From positions 17,218,171 through 17,282,170 of the forward strand of contig CM119263.1 of the NCBI GenBank assembly GCA_051294375.1: a stretch of DNA of 64,000 nt. Reading direction: 5' to 3'. This document shows positions 50,181 to 62,887 of the stretch, piece by piece. The translations under genes were made by a program, and so were the position numbers. Under the pieces are notes generated by a model. The model saw only the letters and a program-made list of their open reading frames with translations. It did not search any database and was not told the origin of the DNA. The first letter of the stretch is position 1, and every line of letters starts with the position of its first letter. The stretch comes from Paraspadella gotoi. Taxonomy: Eukaryota > Animalia > Chaetognatha.

Positions 50181-50982
50181 CTTTTTTTCGGAATCTAACA
50201 AAAATCTGCAAAATTACTTGTTACACTATATTTATATATTTTATGAATGTTTTACTATTTTATCTATATTATTTAATAATATACATTAAAAAATTGTTTG
50301 CTTATTATATCTAATGCTCATTTTGAGAGGGGGAGGTCAGTGTTGTCTTCTGTTATCTTCTATGCAACACAAGGTTAGACAATCTGTCCTAGTTTACTAA
50401 TAGATATCACACATCATTCCTGTTAGAAAGTCATTAATGAAAAATCATAATATCTAAGAGGCTGAACAGAATAAGGATAAGATAGGGATACATACTGGGG
50501 AAAGGTCTCTCTAATTATTTCTCTTTTGAATATTTTTTAATCTTTTTTGTTTATTCAATGGGAAGGTCATCAGTCATCGGCTCTTTAATCCCAATATTCA
50601 GGTATAGGCGTGTCATCACCAAAAGGTGATCCTTCATCATTCATTATATAATTTTCAGAATTTAATTTTGGAAAATTAATTTTGAGAATTTAATTTTGAA
50701 AAATTAATTTTGAGAAATTAATAATTAATAATAATTAATTAATAATAGTAATATCGAATGGTTATAATTTTGAAAATTTAATTTAGAAAAATTAATATTA
50801 AGAAATTAATTTTGAGAAATTAATATATATTTAAAAACAATAAGATGGTCATCATTCATGGATTTCGGATCTTCAATCCCTTTTTTTTTATTGATCGAAA
50901 AAAGAACGACTGACACTTACGAAACACAACTCTTTGTAAAATTATATTTTTGGCAATATTACACTACACCAAAATACATGAA

Positions 50983-51054
50983 GGGCTCGTCCGGGATTTG
51001 AACCCGGGACCTCTCGCACCCAAAGCGAGAATCATACCCCTAGACCAACGAGCC
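50983..51054 (-). tRNA. tRNA-Pro(TGG)
   Basis: Reverse complement GGCTCGTTGGTCTAGGGGTATGATTCTCGCTTTGGGTGCGAGAGGTCCCGGGTTCAAATCCCGGACGAGCCC. Confidence 0.97.
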
Positions 51055-51289
51055 TCTGTATTAGGAAAATTGTATATAATTAACAATAAAAGCGTAAATT
51101 ACACTTTTCTATTTTTTGGTAAAAAATTTTAAAAAACAAGAAAATAATCAACGAGGGAAAAAAACAAATGTATATATTTTATGTATATATTTATTTTTAA
51201 TAACTGTTTTAGTAATACCAAGACAAAATTATATTAAACATATGAACATATTTATTTTGGTAATATTTTAGATTATTAGCTAAAAGTAG

Positions 51290-51371
51290 TGGCAGTGGTG
51301 GGATTCGAACCCACGCCTCCTGAGAGACTGGTGCCTAAAACCAGCGCCTTAGACCACTCGGCCACACTACC
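51290..51371 (-). tRNA. tRNA-Leu(TAG)
   Basis: Reverse complement GGTAGTGTGGCCGAG...TT-TAG-GC...CCCACCACTGCCA; 82 nt. Confidence 0.97.
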
Positions 51372-54300
51372 AAGTGAGATTAAATGCTCTCTGGATTTCA
51401 TTTTTATGCATTATTTTTAATCGGGTATGCTGGTTGAAATTTGTATTCGTTGAATTTTTTGTTTATGTAGAAAGATATGCACGAAAAACTATAAATTTTT
51501 ATGACTTGAACTATTGGCCTTAATCAGATCCTAACAAACGTCAATTCATCATGTATTGCTAATTTGACTCATGTTTCTGCTCTCCTCTTTGCTTTCATTT
51601 TCAGCAAAAAAAACCACTAAAAAAGTTTGATGTTCAATGTTTATTTATTTATAACTTGTATATTTATTTGTAATATTTATCATTTTCAAATAAGTAAACG
51701 CCAAAAATCGGCGGCTTATTTTAATCTAATTTCATTCAACCTCCTGCATTTGAAGTCTCTCGATATTTTTCCCTTTTTTTCCTCGCTCGTTTAACGAGCG
51801 GCGTTCTTCCCTCCTCTTTATTTTCCTGTCTAATTTAACGAGCGAAGATATTTTCTGCTGCGGATTTTTGTTTATCGCTGACGAACGATCTGGGTGGGGG
51901 AGTTTCAGATTCTCTCTTCATCTTCTTCTCAACTTATGACTTTTAATTTAGGGTAGACTCCTATAAGCCAAACTCGAATTTTAATGGATTCTAAGAAAGG
52001 TAGATTTTCCCCATCTAAATGTGAATGCGCCAAGAAAATATCGCGTCGCTTGGGTTTTGGAGTCTGACGTTGCTTTTTTTCGCTGCGAGTCTACTCGAAA
52101 GAGACTAGGGGTTTTTTTGAGTTTGTTTTTTTAATGATTCGAGGAATGACGAGTCCTTTCTGTATTTTTCTATTTATTAACAAGAAAGGGGAATAGGTAA
52201 GAGCTCCTATGAATTCAGTTTAAATCTACTATTCCTATTTTTCTTCACGAGTCTCCCCTTTTCTCCACTCGGCACTCTCCTCCTCCCTTTTCTCTTTTCA
52301 CCTCCCATCGAAAAAAAACCTTTTGTCTCTTCCATCAACAAAATGATCTCACTCCCCGCGCGTCACGCTCTAACTTCCTCCTCTCTCTCCTCTTCCTCCT
52401 CCTTATTCTTTTCCTTTTCTGCCTCCTTTTCCTCCGTTTCACGTTCGATTAGCGTTGCTTCTCATTTTACCGCTCGTCGTCAACAACTCGGCCGACCCCC
52501 TTTCTCTTCTACACTTTCTTCCCCATTTTTTTTATCTTTTTATCTTTCTCTTTTGATTTTCAAATTATGCCTTTTTTAACAAGTTTTTCCTGTATTTTGA
52601 GACAATGTATTATTTCTTAATCCCCCCTTCCTTCACTCGCTCAGATCTTTTTCACCTATTCCCCCTGCCCGTTTCCAGCTCCCCACTCCCCCCCCCCCTC
52701 TGCCCCAAACGACCCTCTCTCCTCGTCTCGCCTTTTTCCCGATCCAAATGTGTTTACGCTCGTCTCGTAATCGAATTATCGTCTCACAATGCTGACGTAT
52801 TGGCTTCGCGAAAACGACGACGACGACGACGACGGCAGATGGAAGTGGCCATCGGAATAACAATCCGAACCATCCTTCTTCCTCCTCCTCTTCCTTCTCA
52901 TCCACTTCCTGCCACTTTATCTTTTTCAATTTCACGGAATAAAAAAAGGGCTTGAGGGGATGCTCGATAGTCGATAATGTTGTTAAGCGGAGAAGAGAGG
53001 GAATGAGAGGAGGCGGGGGTGTGGCGGCTCATTTTCTACTTACATCATTAAATATGTTTTTTTTTTTCAGTCGCTCTCTCCTTTTCGGAAAGTGAAATTT
53101 AAATGTCAAATATAAAGATTGGTTTAATTTTTTGTTAAGATTTTTTTAATGTTTATCAATTTGCAAGAATTAGGAAATACTTATTAAATTCTCAAATTCT
53201 TTTGTTAAACCACTTTTCTCACCTTGCCGCTCTTTCACATTGCGCTGCGACAAAAACTGTCCCATCCCTGATTTTTTTTCGTATTGAGGCTTCAACCACA
53301 AAAAACCATCGTCAATAAGGACGGCAACGTCAAAAGCCACAAACGATGTCCACAAATCGTTGGGGACGGTGAAAGATGTCGTCGTCGTGGTTGTCGTCGT
53401 TGACGTCACGGTCGGCGATCGTTGTTTCCAGGAAATGAACGATGGCGCTCCTCTGGCGGTCGACGGCGTGTAGTCGTCGCCATCGTCATTGTCGAACTCG
53501 AAGAAAGATGATCAGTTTTGCAACTTCAAGTTTCTGTCAACTCAGCGGCGTCGTCCTGCTGATCTTCGTCCTCTTCGTCGTCGTCGTCGTCCTCGGCTTT
53601 GCAGTCGTCGTATATTTTTTATTTTTAGTTCGCGGCCGCACTTTACGTACATAGCGTCATCGCAAATTTTCCCAATAATGTGAAATTTGACGATATAAAT
53701 GGGTTTATTTCTTGTTTCTAATGCTTTTGAACGTATTTCGTCGTCATTTCCAACATCCTTGCTTTCATTCCTTTTTTTTCCCTTTTATCTCTCCTTCTTT
53801 TCCTCCTCTCTTTCCTTCCTCCCTCCCCTTTTTCCTCTAAATTGAATTTTGTTTAACTCTCCCGTTGATGAGGTTCGTGGTTTTCCCCTTCGCTGCCACC
53901 AAGAAGGGGGAGAGTATCCCACCCACTCTCACTACTTCTTCTTTTACCCGTTTTTGTTTGTCCCTCCTCTCTCTCATTCCTTTTATTTCTCTTTTCACAA
54001 TTCGTTATTCTATTTTATCACTCCTATTCACCGACCTTGAGGGAACAACTTTGTTTTCTACAAAAATCTTGTGTGGAATGTCCATTACCTTTCCCGCTCT
54101 TTCCTTCATTCTCAATTCCCTCATCTCCAACGTTTGTTTTCTTCTTGTCCACCTTTCCTTCTTTCCATTCCTCCTCTTCCTCCTCCTATTTTTCCGTTAC
54201 CATCGTCGTTGATGAGGTTCGCGTTTTCGTTCGGCCGCCACCAGAGGCGCCTCCTTCGTCCCTTGACTTTATGGCGCCGACCGTTAGCCATTTGTCACCG

Positions 54301-54490
54301 GCGTCGTTTCGGGGCCAGGAGCGGATGAGGAGCGAGCGAGGAATAGAGGAGCGGGATAGTGGAGCAGAGGCGGGAATGCGGAAGCGGAAAAAAAGCGATC
54401 CCCTCTTTCGTCGGAATGAAGGACATTCGCGGGATTTATGGACTTGGCTTTTTTAGGAGTCTTTTATTGGAAGAATAAATATTCATTTTT

Positions 54491-54557
<67 letters not shown>

Positions 54558-55025
54558 TTTACGTACGCCACTTTCTCTCTTCGGGAGTAAAAATAAACTA
54601 AAACGTTGATAAATTATTCATGGTGGTTTTCGGTGGCGAGATAGCGGCGCCGACCATTGATCTTTCTGTTTACGTTTTCTATTAGGGTCGGACGGTAATT
54701 CGGACCCAACCTTATATAAGTTAGTCTTTATAAAGTCTAAAGGGTGTGACGGACAATCTTATAATATTCAAATTATCTTTACTTTTATTAGCGTTGAGTA
54801 TATCCGTCAGTAACATTTTTTATATTTTATCGCACAAAGTGAAATCCATGTTCCATCTTTCACTTTTTCTTTCTCTCACTCCTTACTCTGGGTTCTCTTC
54901 TTCCTCTTCTTCCCTCTCTCTCCGTCGGCAGCCAACCGTCGAGACAAATCAGCTTAAGTGGAAATCATCGGAGAGACCGCTTGCATTTTTCACGGCAGAC
55001 TCCGACGTTCACTGTCACATGTTTT

Positions 55026-55128
<103 letters not shown>

Positions 55129-55639
55129 CACATCCTTTCCAAAGCCTTCTCTGAACGTCTGCCAATTCAAAGTGCAAACTCTATCTTATCATCGAGTCAA
55201 TTTTCATCTCGTGATTCCGCTATAAACGATATTGACGCGAAGATCTTTCGACGTTTGAACATACAACTCTAACAATTCAGAACAAAGAATCGTGAAAAAA
55301 AAGAGAGACTTGGAATCTTATTTATTTCGAATTCATGCGCAATTGAGAGCGATAACCATGTAGTAACACAGAAGTACTTTTTGATATTTAGGGTTTTTTT
55401 TTTACGTCACTTGAAACAAAGTGACTAATATTAAAAAAACTTTGCTTTTTTCGCTTATTTACTTTGACGCCTTTTTGTGTTTTCCTTTGAGTTATTCAAA
55501 CGCCTTTTTAAACATCCGAAAGCCAATGAGTTTAACGTTTATTCAGTAAACAAAAGATTTATGAAATCTTGTCACAAAAGTTATCGACACACCTGTTAAG
55601 ATAATAAAGACCGCCCAAAAAATGAAAATTTATTCTCCA

Positions 55640-55681
<42 letters not shown>

Positions 55682-56910
55682 ATTATTACGTACCTTTCTC
55701 AAATAATAAAGTAATTTTCTTTGTGCTTAACAACGAATATAATATTTATAATACTTTCTCTTTGTCCCGATTTTTTCTTCTCAATTGACGAAACGTATTT
55801 TCTTCGTGTTCTTCTTCCCAACTGATTATTAAGTCGTAAATTGTTATGCTTTCTTCTTTTGTCGGCGCAACTTTTTTATTTCGTGTTGCGGTCGTCGTGG
55901 TCGTCGTCCTAGACGTCGTCGTCGACGTCTTTGTCGTCCGCCTCATCGTTTTCGCCAAGTTGCACGCGATATTCTCTTATTTTTTTTATATGTAGCTTTT
56001 ACTGACAAGCGATTATTAAAAACAAGCTGCTTGATTTATACCCACCGGCCCACCTATCTAGCCCGAGTAATGTCGTTTTGTCGTCATCGTCTTCGCTGTC
56101 GTTTTATGACGCGAGAAAGATGTTGACGAGGAGGTAATGATGGAAAACAACAAAACGCTCCTCAAATTAGATTCGTTAACTTTGAGAAAAAAGAAATTAA
56201 GATTAAGAAAAAAATTATTGTTATTCTTGTGGTTGATGAGGATGAGGATGATGATGATGATGATGATAATTTGAGACGCTCAAAAACAAATTTTATTAAA
56301 TAAAGTAGAAAAAATTTAATGGAACCAGAAAATTAAACAAAGAAATGAGCGGTCAATCATTAAATCACGAGACGCATACAAATTAGCAATCATTCAAAGA
56401 TTGAAAAAAAAGAATCAGGAAGACGCGCGAATAGGATTAAACTTTGTGAATAAAAAAGAGGACGACAACGGCGCCGACCGCAGCGGCGGCGGCAGCGCCG
56501 GGGCGGAGTCGGCGTCAACAATGACGACGACGATGGCTTCGACGCTAATCCGAATTATTGGTTCCGATTTTCCATGACGCGAAACCATTCGCGCGAATTA
56601 TCGCCAACACCAAAAAAAAAGTGGGAAGAGAGGGTAAAATCAGCGGGAGAGAAAAGGGGCGAGGAGTGTAGGAAGAGGAGAATGAAGGAAAGAAGTGAGA
56701 GAAAGAAGGATGAGTGAAAGATTAAATCGAATACATTGGAATGGTGGCAGTAATTGTAAAACAGGGTTGTGTCCCGGTGGGTGAAAAGATAAGGCGAACG
56801 ATGGGAATCGAGGATTTATCATTTTCATCCTTCGTCTCCTTCGTCTCTTCCGATTCTGTTTATTCGGATGAATTTTCGTTGATAATCTGATAATTGATTT
56901 CACGATCCGA

Positions 56911-57027
<117 letters not shown>

Positions 57028-57603
57028 TCTTTTCGGCTTTAGTTTTATTGCTCCACTTTACTCGATGATTTTGCCGCGAGGTAGAGTTGCCAACGATTCC
57101 AAGTCTTTGCGATAAATAAGCCACGAAGGCGACGACGACGAAAAAGACAAATTACGACGTGCTCTCAATTTTAGGGACAAATTACTTCGCCCGATGGCAA
57201 AGGTTTCGCTGACTTCGGTCGCAGATGCGAAGATTAAAAAGTGTTGCTTAGTCTTTTTTCTTAATTTATTAAATTTATTCGATGGCAAGTCTGCCGTCCT
57301 TTGAGACATCTGTCGAGTTTCGATGCGTTTTTTTGTTTATATATCAAAAAGAGATGACGTTGAGTGTGCAACAGATACCGCCGTTTCTTTGGTACGGAAT
57401 GAACTGTCAACCGATGTTGACCTTTTGACCCACAATCAATTATTTTGACGACCAAGTCAAAGGTTAACCGTTACGGTATAAAAAGTCTCTTCGCTAAAAC
57501 ATGACCGCTATTATTTAAAAACATTGCTATAAGAAAAAAAAACTTCTTAGAAAATCTTCATAAATCAACAGTGAACAACGATATCTCTAAATCCGGGACC
57601 TCG

Positions 57604-59322
57604 TCATTTCATCTCGTCACCTCTTCTCCGCGAATGATGCATCTCCTCATTCCCCTTCCCTGTCCCGACATCGCCTTCCACCCCCTCCTTGTCTCTCGAC
57701 TCCACCTCTCGCGGGCTCTTCGCGGGCTCTTCCTCTCCGCCCTTCATCAGAAACGTCCAGGATTGATCCACGGAGTCGTCGCTGCACTTGGCCATGGTCA
57801 CGCCCTTCCCTTCCGCCACCAGCGTCAAGCAGACCGCTCCGTCCGTTCCCCACAGGAGCTTTCCCCCCTTCGCCTCGTCGTAGACCCACAACTGATTACC
57901 GAAGCCCCCGTGGCATATGTGGCTTTCGGGATAAATTAGGGAAAAAAAGAACAAACGTATGCGAATTGGCCAAATTTGTTTGACAAAATTACCATTAAAA
58001 TATGACTTTCAAAGTGGTCACCTGTCATTAGTGCAGGGAGGAACGTCATTTGCCTCCCAAACCATACAACCCAAAGGTGCGGGGTTCTAGCCTGGTGCCC
58101 TCCTCGCAGTTAAGAGGAACGGGGCGCTCAACACGCCGGTAACATGGTAACAAGCTAATCCGAAGCTCACATACTACTTATATTAGGAGCTGACGTCGTT
58201 CTTAGAGATCGAGGAAGATTTTTTCAATGAAGATTTTCGTTCAAATCTGACTACCAAACAATATTAATGCTTCTGAGAAAAATTCCGATAAAAAATAGAT
58301 GTAAAAACACTAGATTCCGATCCTGTTGCATCTGATGGGCTCGCATTTTTTTTCTCTTGTCAAATAACCATCATTTTGACATCAAACTATCAGATTCAAA
58401 TGGACTGGTTTTTAGATATAAAATAAAGGGATTTCTTAACTTCAATACTATGTAAACGCATTTAACATATGTTGTGATTTTACAATAAACTTCTAATTCA
58501 GAAATCTGATAGCCATATGTCTGAAGGGCTCTCAAAATTTTTATTTACATTTTATTTGGTTATTTTAATATGATACAATCATGGTAAAGTGAATTAGTCC
58601 ATTTTGGTAAAATTTTTATTTAAAGTAAAAGTGAAAGAGGAGCTAACAATCGGAATTCTAAGAGTTTTCAACCGGGAGTCAGATTCGGGAAAAATCTTCT
58701 ATAGCGAAAATCTTTCAAAGAAGGATTGGATTTTCCGAAGATTTTGGTTAATATTTTCTATATTTATTGTCGGATTTTTATGAAACTTAACAATAGCAAT
58801 ATTGCCATCATTCTACATTGGCCGGTAAAAGAATATATTTAAAAAATCTTAAAAGCATAAGGATCGTCGCAATCGCATAAGAAAAATCTGACGAAAAATT
58901 TTGATACTAAAAAAATCAAATTTGAGAAAAGAAAATTAATTTATAAACAAAGAAAAAAAAGAATAATAAATATAAAACAGTAAAATAACTTATTTTCGAG
59001 TTTAATTTTTAGCAAGTGCTAAGTCTGGAGCAACATTATTGAAGGTACTTTTGTTTTACTTCTAGCCCGCATAAGCGAGCAGTTTGATCGAATGCGAGCT
59101 CTCTAAACACTGTCAATTTTCCCAGACAAAACTTGAATCAGACTGACGAAGTGAAGTAAAAACTAAAGTGAAGTAAAATGAAGTAAAATAAAATAATAAA
59201 GTAAATATATATTTAAAAAAAATATTATTCTAATTAATATTTAGAAAAAAAATCCACGAAAATCTCTGATGTAGATTTGGGAATAAATGGCGATAATAAA
59301 AGTTTTTAAAGGAAAAAAATTA

Positions 59323-59360
<38 letters not shown>

Positions 59361-61789
59361 AGCCAAGTCATTTTCAGCAGCAGAGGCACCCAGAAAAAAA
59401 GAAAGAAATCAAAAGGCAGCAGCAGAAGCAGCAGGAGAAAAGAGAGAAAAAGAAAGAGCCCCTGCAGAGCCAGCTGCAGACTCAAAAAGCAGCAAGAGAA
59501 AAGAGAGAAAAAGAATAAGCCCCTGCAGAGCCAGCTGCAGACTCGTTTTTTTCCCTATGGCTATGATTATGAATCAATGACTATGGAATACAGAGAGGGA
59601 GAGAGACATGTAATTAAAAGAGAAAAGAGAGAGAGAAAGAAATATGAAAATAAAAGAGAGAAAATTTGTTTGTTTTGATAAAACGTAAACAAAACATATT
59701 TAATAACTGTCCAGACTCAATTTTAAGCACATCGATGATGAAAAGCTGTATATAAATTTTCAGCTTCATACACCCAAATTTAATCATAAAAAAGGCGATC
59801 TATAATTTGGAACGCCGACGACAACAACGACGACGACGACGCCACTTATGGGCAAAAGCGTTACAATATCGTCGCAAACGCTAAGCGATTGCGACGATAA
59901 AAACCTCTGGCTTTTTTCGTCAGAGCTTAGTCCTACTTATATTGAACGGTTCTTTCACTAACTCATAAAAATTATTCTGTCCCAGCTTAATCTATCGCAA
60001 TAGTCCTGAATATTAACTGTATATTAACTGAATATTAACTGATGACCACTGACCAGTGTCGTTAAAACGAATAAAACCTAATCCTGAATGATACAAAATA
60101 CGCATAAATTTAATTTACGTTAAAACTCCCCCGGAGCTATCGCCCAGCCTTCCGTCGCTGTCCAAACACAGTGCGGTTTGGCGGACTTCTTTTGAGGGAG
60201 TATGGTACCTTTTCCGAGTGGCTGATTTTAGATCAACTTCAGTGAACATTTCAGAAATTGCTTTTCCTGGCCTCCTCACCAGCGCTGCCGATGAGTGGGC
60301 GATCCCCCCGGGGCTTCGACGGAAGGGTCCGCGTCGCACTTACGGACCAAGACCTTTTTTTTATTTCCCTGAGACTCCAAGCAGAGATTAGGATAAAACT
60401 TGCTGCGAATGCTACCGAAGCGAAGAGCCGCCCATGGCTTGAAGACGTAGGGAAAAACCTGGACGAAGAGAGTGGGTAGAGGTGAGCGGTTTAGCGAACG
60501 AATGAATTGTAGAGATTTGAATACGAATCGGTACTAGTGACCCATTTGACGTATAATAGGCAACTGACCTGATCCAGATACCATTTAAACGATTTGCATT
60601 TCAATCTCCGTCGGAGTTTTTTCCTTTCCTCGACGTCGACCTAAATTATCAGATGATTTTGGAAACTCAAAACACAATTTGGAAACAAACAATAACGGTA
60701 ATTCCAAAAAGCTCTACAAAGAAACTAAAAATAAACATTATCTGTACCCACTAGATCTTCACTTGCACCTGCTCTTCAACAAAATAACAATTTTTGGTGG
60801 GAAATTTTGATTATTTTATATCTTTTTTAACAAACATTTTGATATTTTTTAATAAGTATTTTTTTCTTATTCTATTTTATTTTATTCTATTTTTTATTCT
60901 ATGTAATGATCAAAGCATTTTATTCATATATAATATATCGAAACAAAAACAATTTTATAAAATAGCAAGTAAAGGAGCAAAATGTTATTATTTCCGCATT
61001 AACAGTTAAGTTTAAGCCCTTTAAAGTGATTTAAATGTATTGGCCCAGCCACTGGTTTGGATTTGTCGCGACAAAAAGTATGACTTGCTCTTTTAAAAGT
61101 ATAAGTTTAATTAAAAAGGAGATTTTAATGCTGATACATGTGTAAAATATCGTTTATTTTTGGAAATTATACGAATATCCGTTCATCACCTTGGGAAGTT
61201 CAGTCAGGTTCGCAAATCTATGGTAGACGTATTTGAATTCATCCATCCAAACTTCGGAAAGGCGTTCATTGTTGACGGCAATTATTTCTTTCACGCTCTT
61301 CTTCTTCTCATCTCCCCTGTGCCACTTGTAAGGAGAAATTTCTCTAACGAAAAGAATAAAGCAATTATTGAAAAAAAAAAAAGATGTTACGGTCCGATCT
61401 CAATTCAACCGTCACCTGAACACATGCCCTACGTGAGAGCAAGGGTGCTGCTCCAGTCTCCCGCCGCACATCCAGGCTCTGAAGGAGATCTCGAGATTCT
61501 CTCCTCCCCAAATGTCCATCCCTTCGTCATAGCCGCCAAGGTAAGAAAAGTATTCCCTGCGAAAAAAAAACGTGAAGGGTTCAATCGTTGTCTCTCTCTC
61601 TCTCTCTCTCTCTCTCTACCCCGATTCTCCAACCTGTCGATGGCGAATATTCCTCCGGTTATGGTCGGTGAGGGGATGGGGTCGGCGGCGTTCTTCAACC
61701 GGCTCCTCAGCTCGGGTGGGACTACCAACCAGGAGAAAGTGAGCTGCCAATCGAAGCCTCCGATTTGCATTGTCTCGATGTTAGAGTAA
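57604..61789 (-). CDS. Polypeptide N-acetylgalactosaminyltransferase (GT27), 3' half with catalytic motifs and ricin-B lectin domain; 5' exons not found in the window
   Basis: Exons: 61789-61634 '[25 protein letters not shown]'; ~61557-61417 '[42 protein letters not shown]'; ~61343-61190 '[14 protein letters not shown]'; ~60640-60569 '[18 protein letters not shown]'; ricin exons ~60458-60280, ~60208-60119 ('LCLDS') and ~57922-57604 ('[10 protein letters not shown]'). Subfamily cannot be assigned. Confidence 0.93.
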
Positions 61790-61830
61790 CTGGAAAAAAT
61801 CGGATGAGGGCGGGTGAGTAAATTGGGCTC

Positions 61831-62579
61831 TATGGCAACAGCCGGGTAGCCTGTGATGCCCATTGGGGAATGGGCATCTCACTGTTGGCTTTGGGGCTTC
61901 CGACCCTCAGTGACGCCTCCAGTCACTGGCGCGGTTACCCTAGGACGGTCTCGCTTTGCCAACGCAGAGGGAAGTCGTTAGGACTGTGGATGGAACACTA
62001 CGCCTGGGATGGTGTGTTCCCCTCTGAGCCAATGGATTTGGCTGACAGATGGTGGACGTGAGGCGGTGTGAATATACCGCCACAGGATCCCCGGGCCAAG
62101 ACATCACTCAGGTTCCTCAAGCCTGAGAGGTGTCTGACAAGACTGTTACCATATGTGGGAGAGAGAGAGAGCGCGAGTTGTGGGGGCATAGGCGTTTGTC
62201 GTAGCATACCCAAAGTCGGCAGGGCATAGGCATTTGTCGTAGCGTACCCAAAGTCGGCAGGGCATAGGCGTTTGTCGTAGCGTACCCTGAGAAGGTTGCG
62301 TGTTGATAGTGAGGCTCACCACTTATGGCAACAGCCGGGTAGCCTGTGATGCCCATTGGGATGGGGCATCTCACTGTTGGCTTTGGGGGCTTCCGACCCT
62401 CAGTGACGCCTCCAGTCACTGGCGCGGTTACCCTAGGACGGTCTCGCTTTGCCAACGCAGAGGGAAGTTGTTAGGACTGTGGATGGAACACTACGCCTGG
62501 GATGGTGTGTTTCCCCTCTGAGCCAATGGATTTGGCTGACAGATGGTGGACGTGAGGCGGTGTGAATATACCGCCAGCA
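61831..62579 (-). mobile_element. TRIM-type miniature non-autonomous LTR retrotransposon (749 bp) in a GALNT intron
   Basis: Near-identical ~255 bp direct repeats at 61831-62084 and 62324-62579; 4 bp TSD GCTC at 61827-61830 and 62580-62583; minus-strand LTR termini TGTGGC...GCCATA; PBS-like TGGTGAGCC 2 nt after the 5' LTR; 239 bp non-coding interior with a 38 bp unit repeated ~2.7 times. Confidence 0.85.
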
Positions 62580-62774
62580 GCTCTATCTTTTTTTTTTGTA
62601 TTGTCTTTGCATATTTAAATGGTGACGAAGAGATATCCGGGCGAAATGCTATTCGATGCCCCATTGCCCCCTTGCCGTCTGACGGAGCAGCGAATCTCTC
62701 TCGCTCTCTCTCTCTGGCTGGAAGTCAGGATCGGGATCGACAAAAACGACGATAATTTGAACGATGGATTAATT

Positions 62775-62887
62775 GTTTAGGGTTTCGGTTAGGGATAAGG
62801 TTAGATTAGGGGATAGATATTAGGGTTAGGGATTAAAGGTTAGTGATTAGGGTTGGGGTTAGGGATTAAGGATAGGAATTAGGGTTG
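62775..62887 (+). repeat. Degenerate interstitial TTAGGG-like array
   Basis: Multiple TTAGGG/TTAGG/TAAGG variants over ~110 bp. Confidence 0.7.

Noticed and set aside
60039-60070. CTGATGA plus a stem resembling a hammerhead core
   Set aside because: No GAAA follows stem II, and stems I and III are missing.
60127-60326. Apparent pseudoknot (ATCGCCCA/TGGGCGAT crossing CCTTCCGTCG/CGACGGAAGG) suggesting telomerase or RNase MRP RNA
   Set aside because: The segments lie in two minus-strand GALNT ricin-domain exons; there is no CTAACCCTAA template and no proper P4 consensus.
60350-60365. Frameshifts in GALNT (also CFAP47 ~37280 and Ig exons) suggesting pseudogenes or programmed frameshifting
   Set aside because: They are scattered 1-nt indels, often in homopolymers, and the two duplicate copies show the same error type. 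This fits unpolished long-read consensus.
61975-62084. Hairpin-ribozyme-like words on the LTR minus strand (GGTATATT, GAACACAC, ACAGTCCT)
   Set aside because: The complementary AGAA loop-A strand and the required helices are absent, and the order of elements is wrong.
62184-62287. 38 bp direct repeats resembling a CRISPR array
   Set aside because: They are contiguous tandem units with no unique spacers, in a eukaryotic context with no cas genes.
62775-62887. TTAGGG array as a chromosome end or fusion site
   Set aside because: Short, highly degenerate, single orientation, and apparently inside a GALNT intron; typical of repeat-internal sequence.
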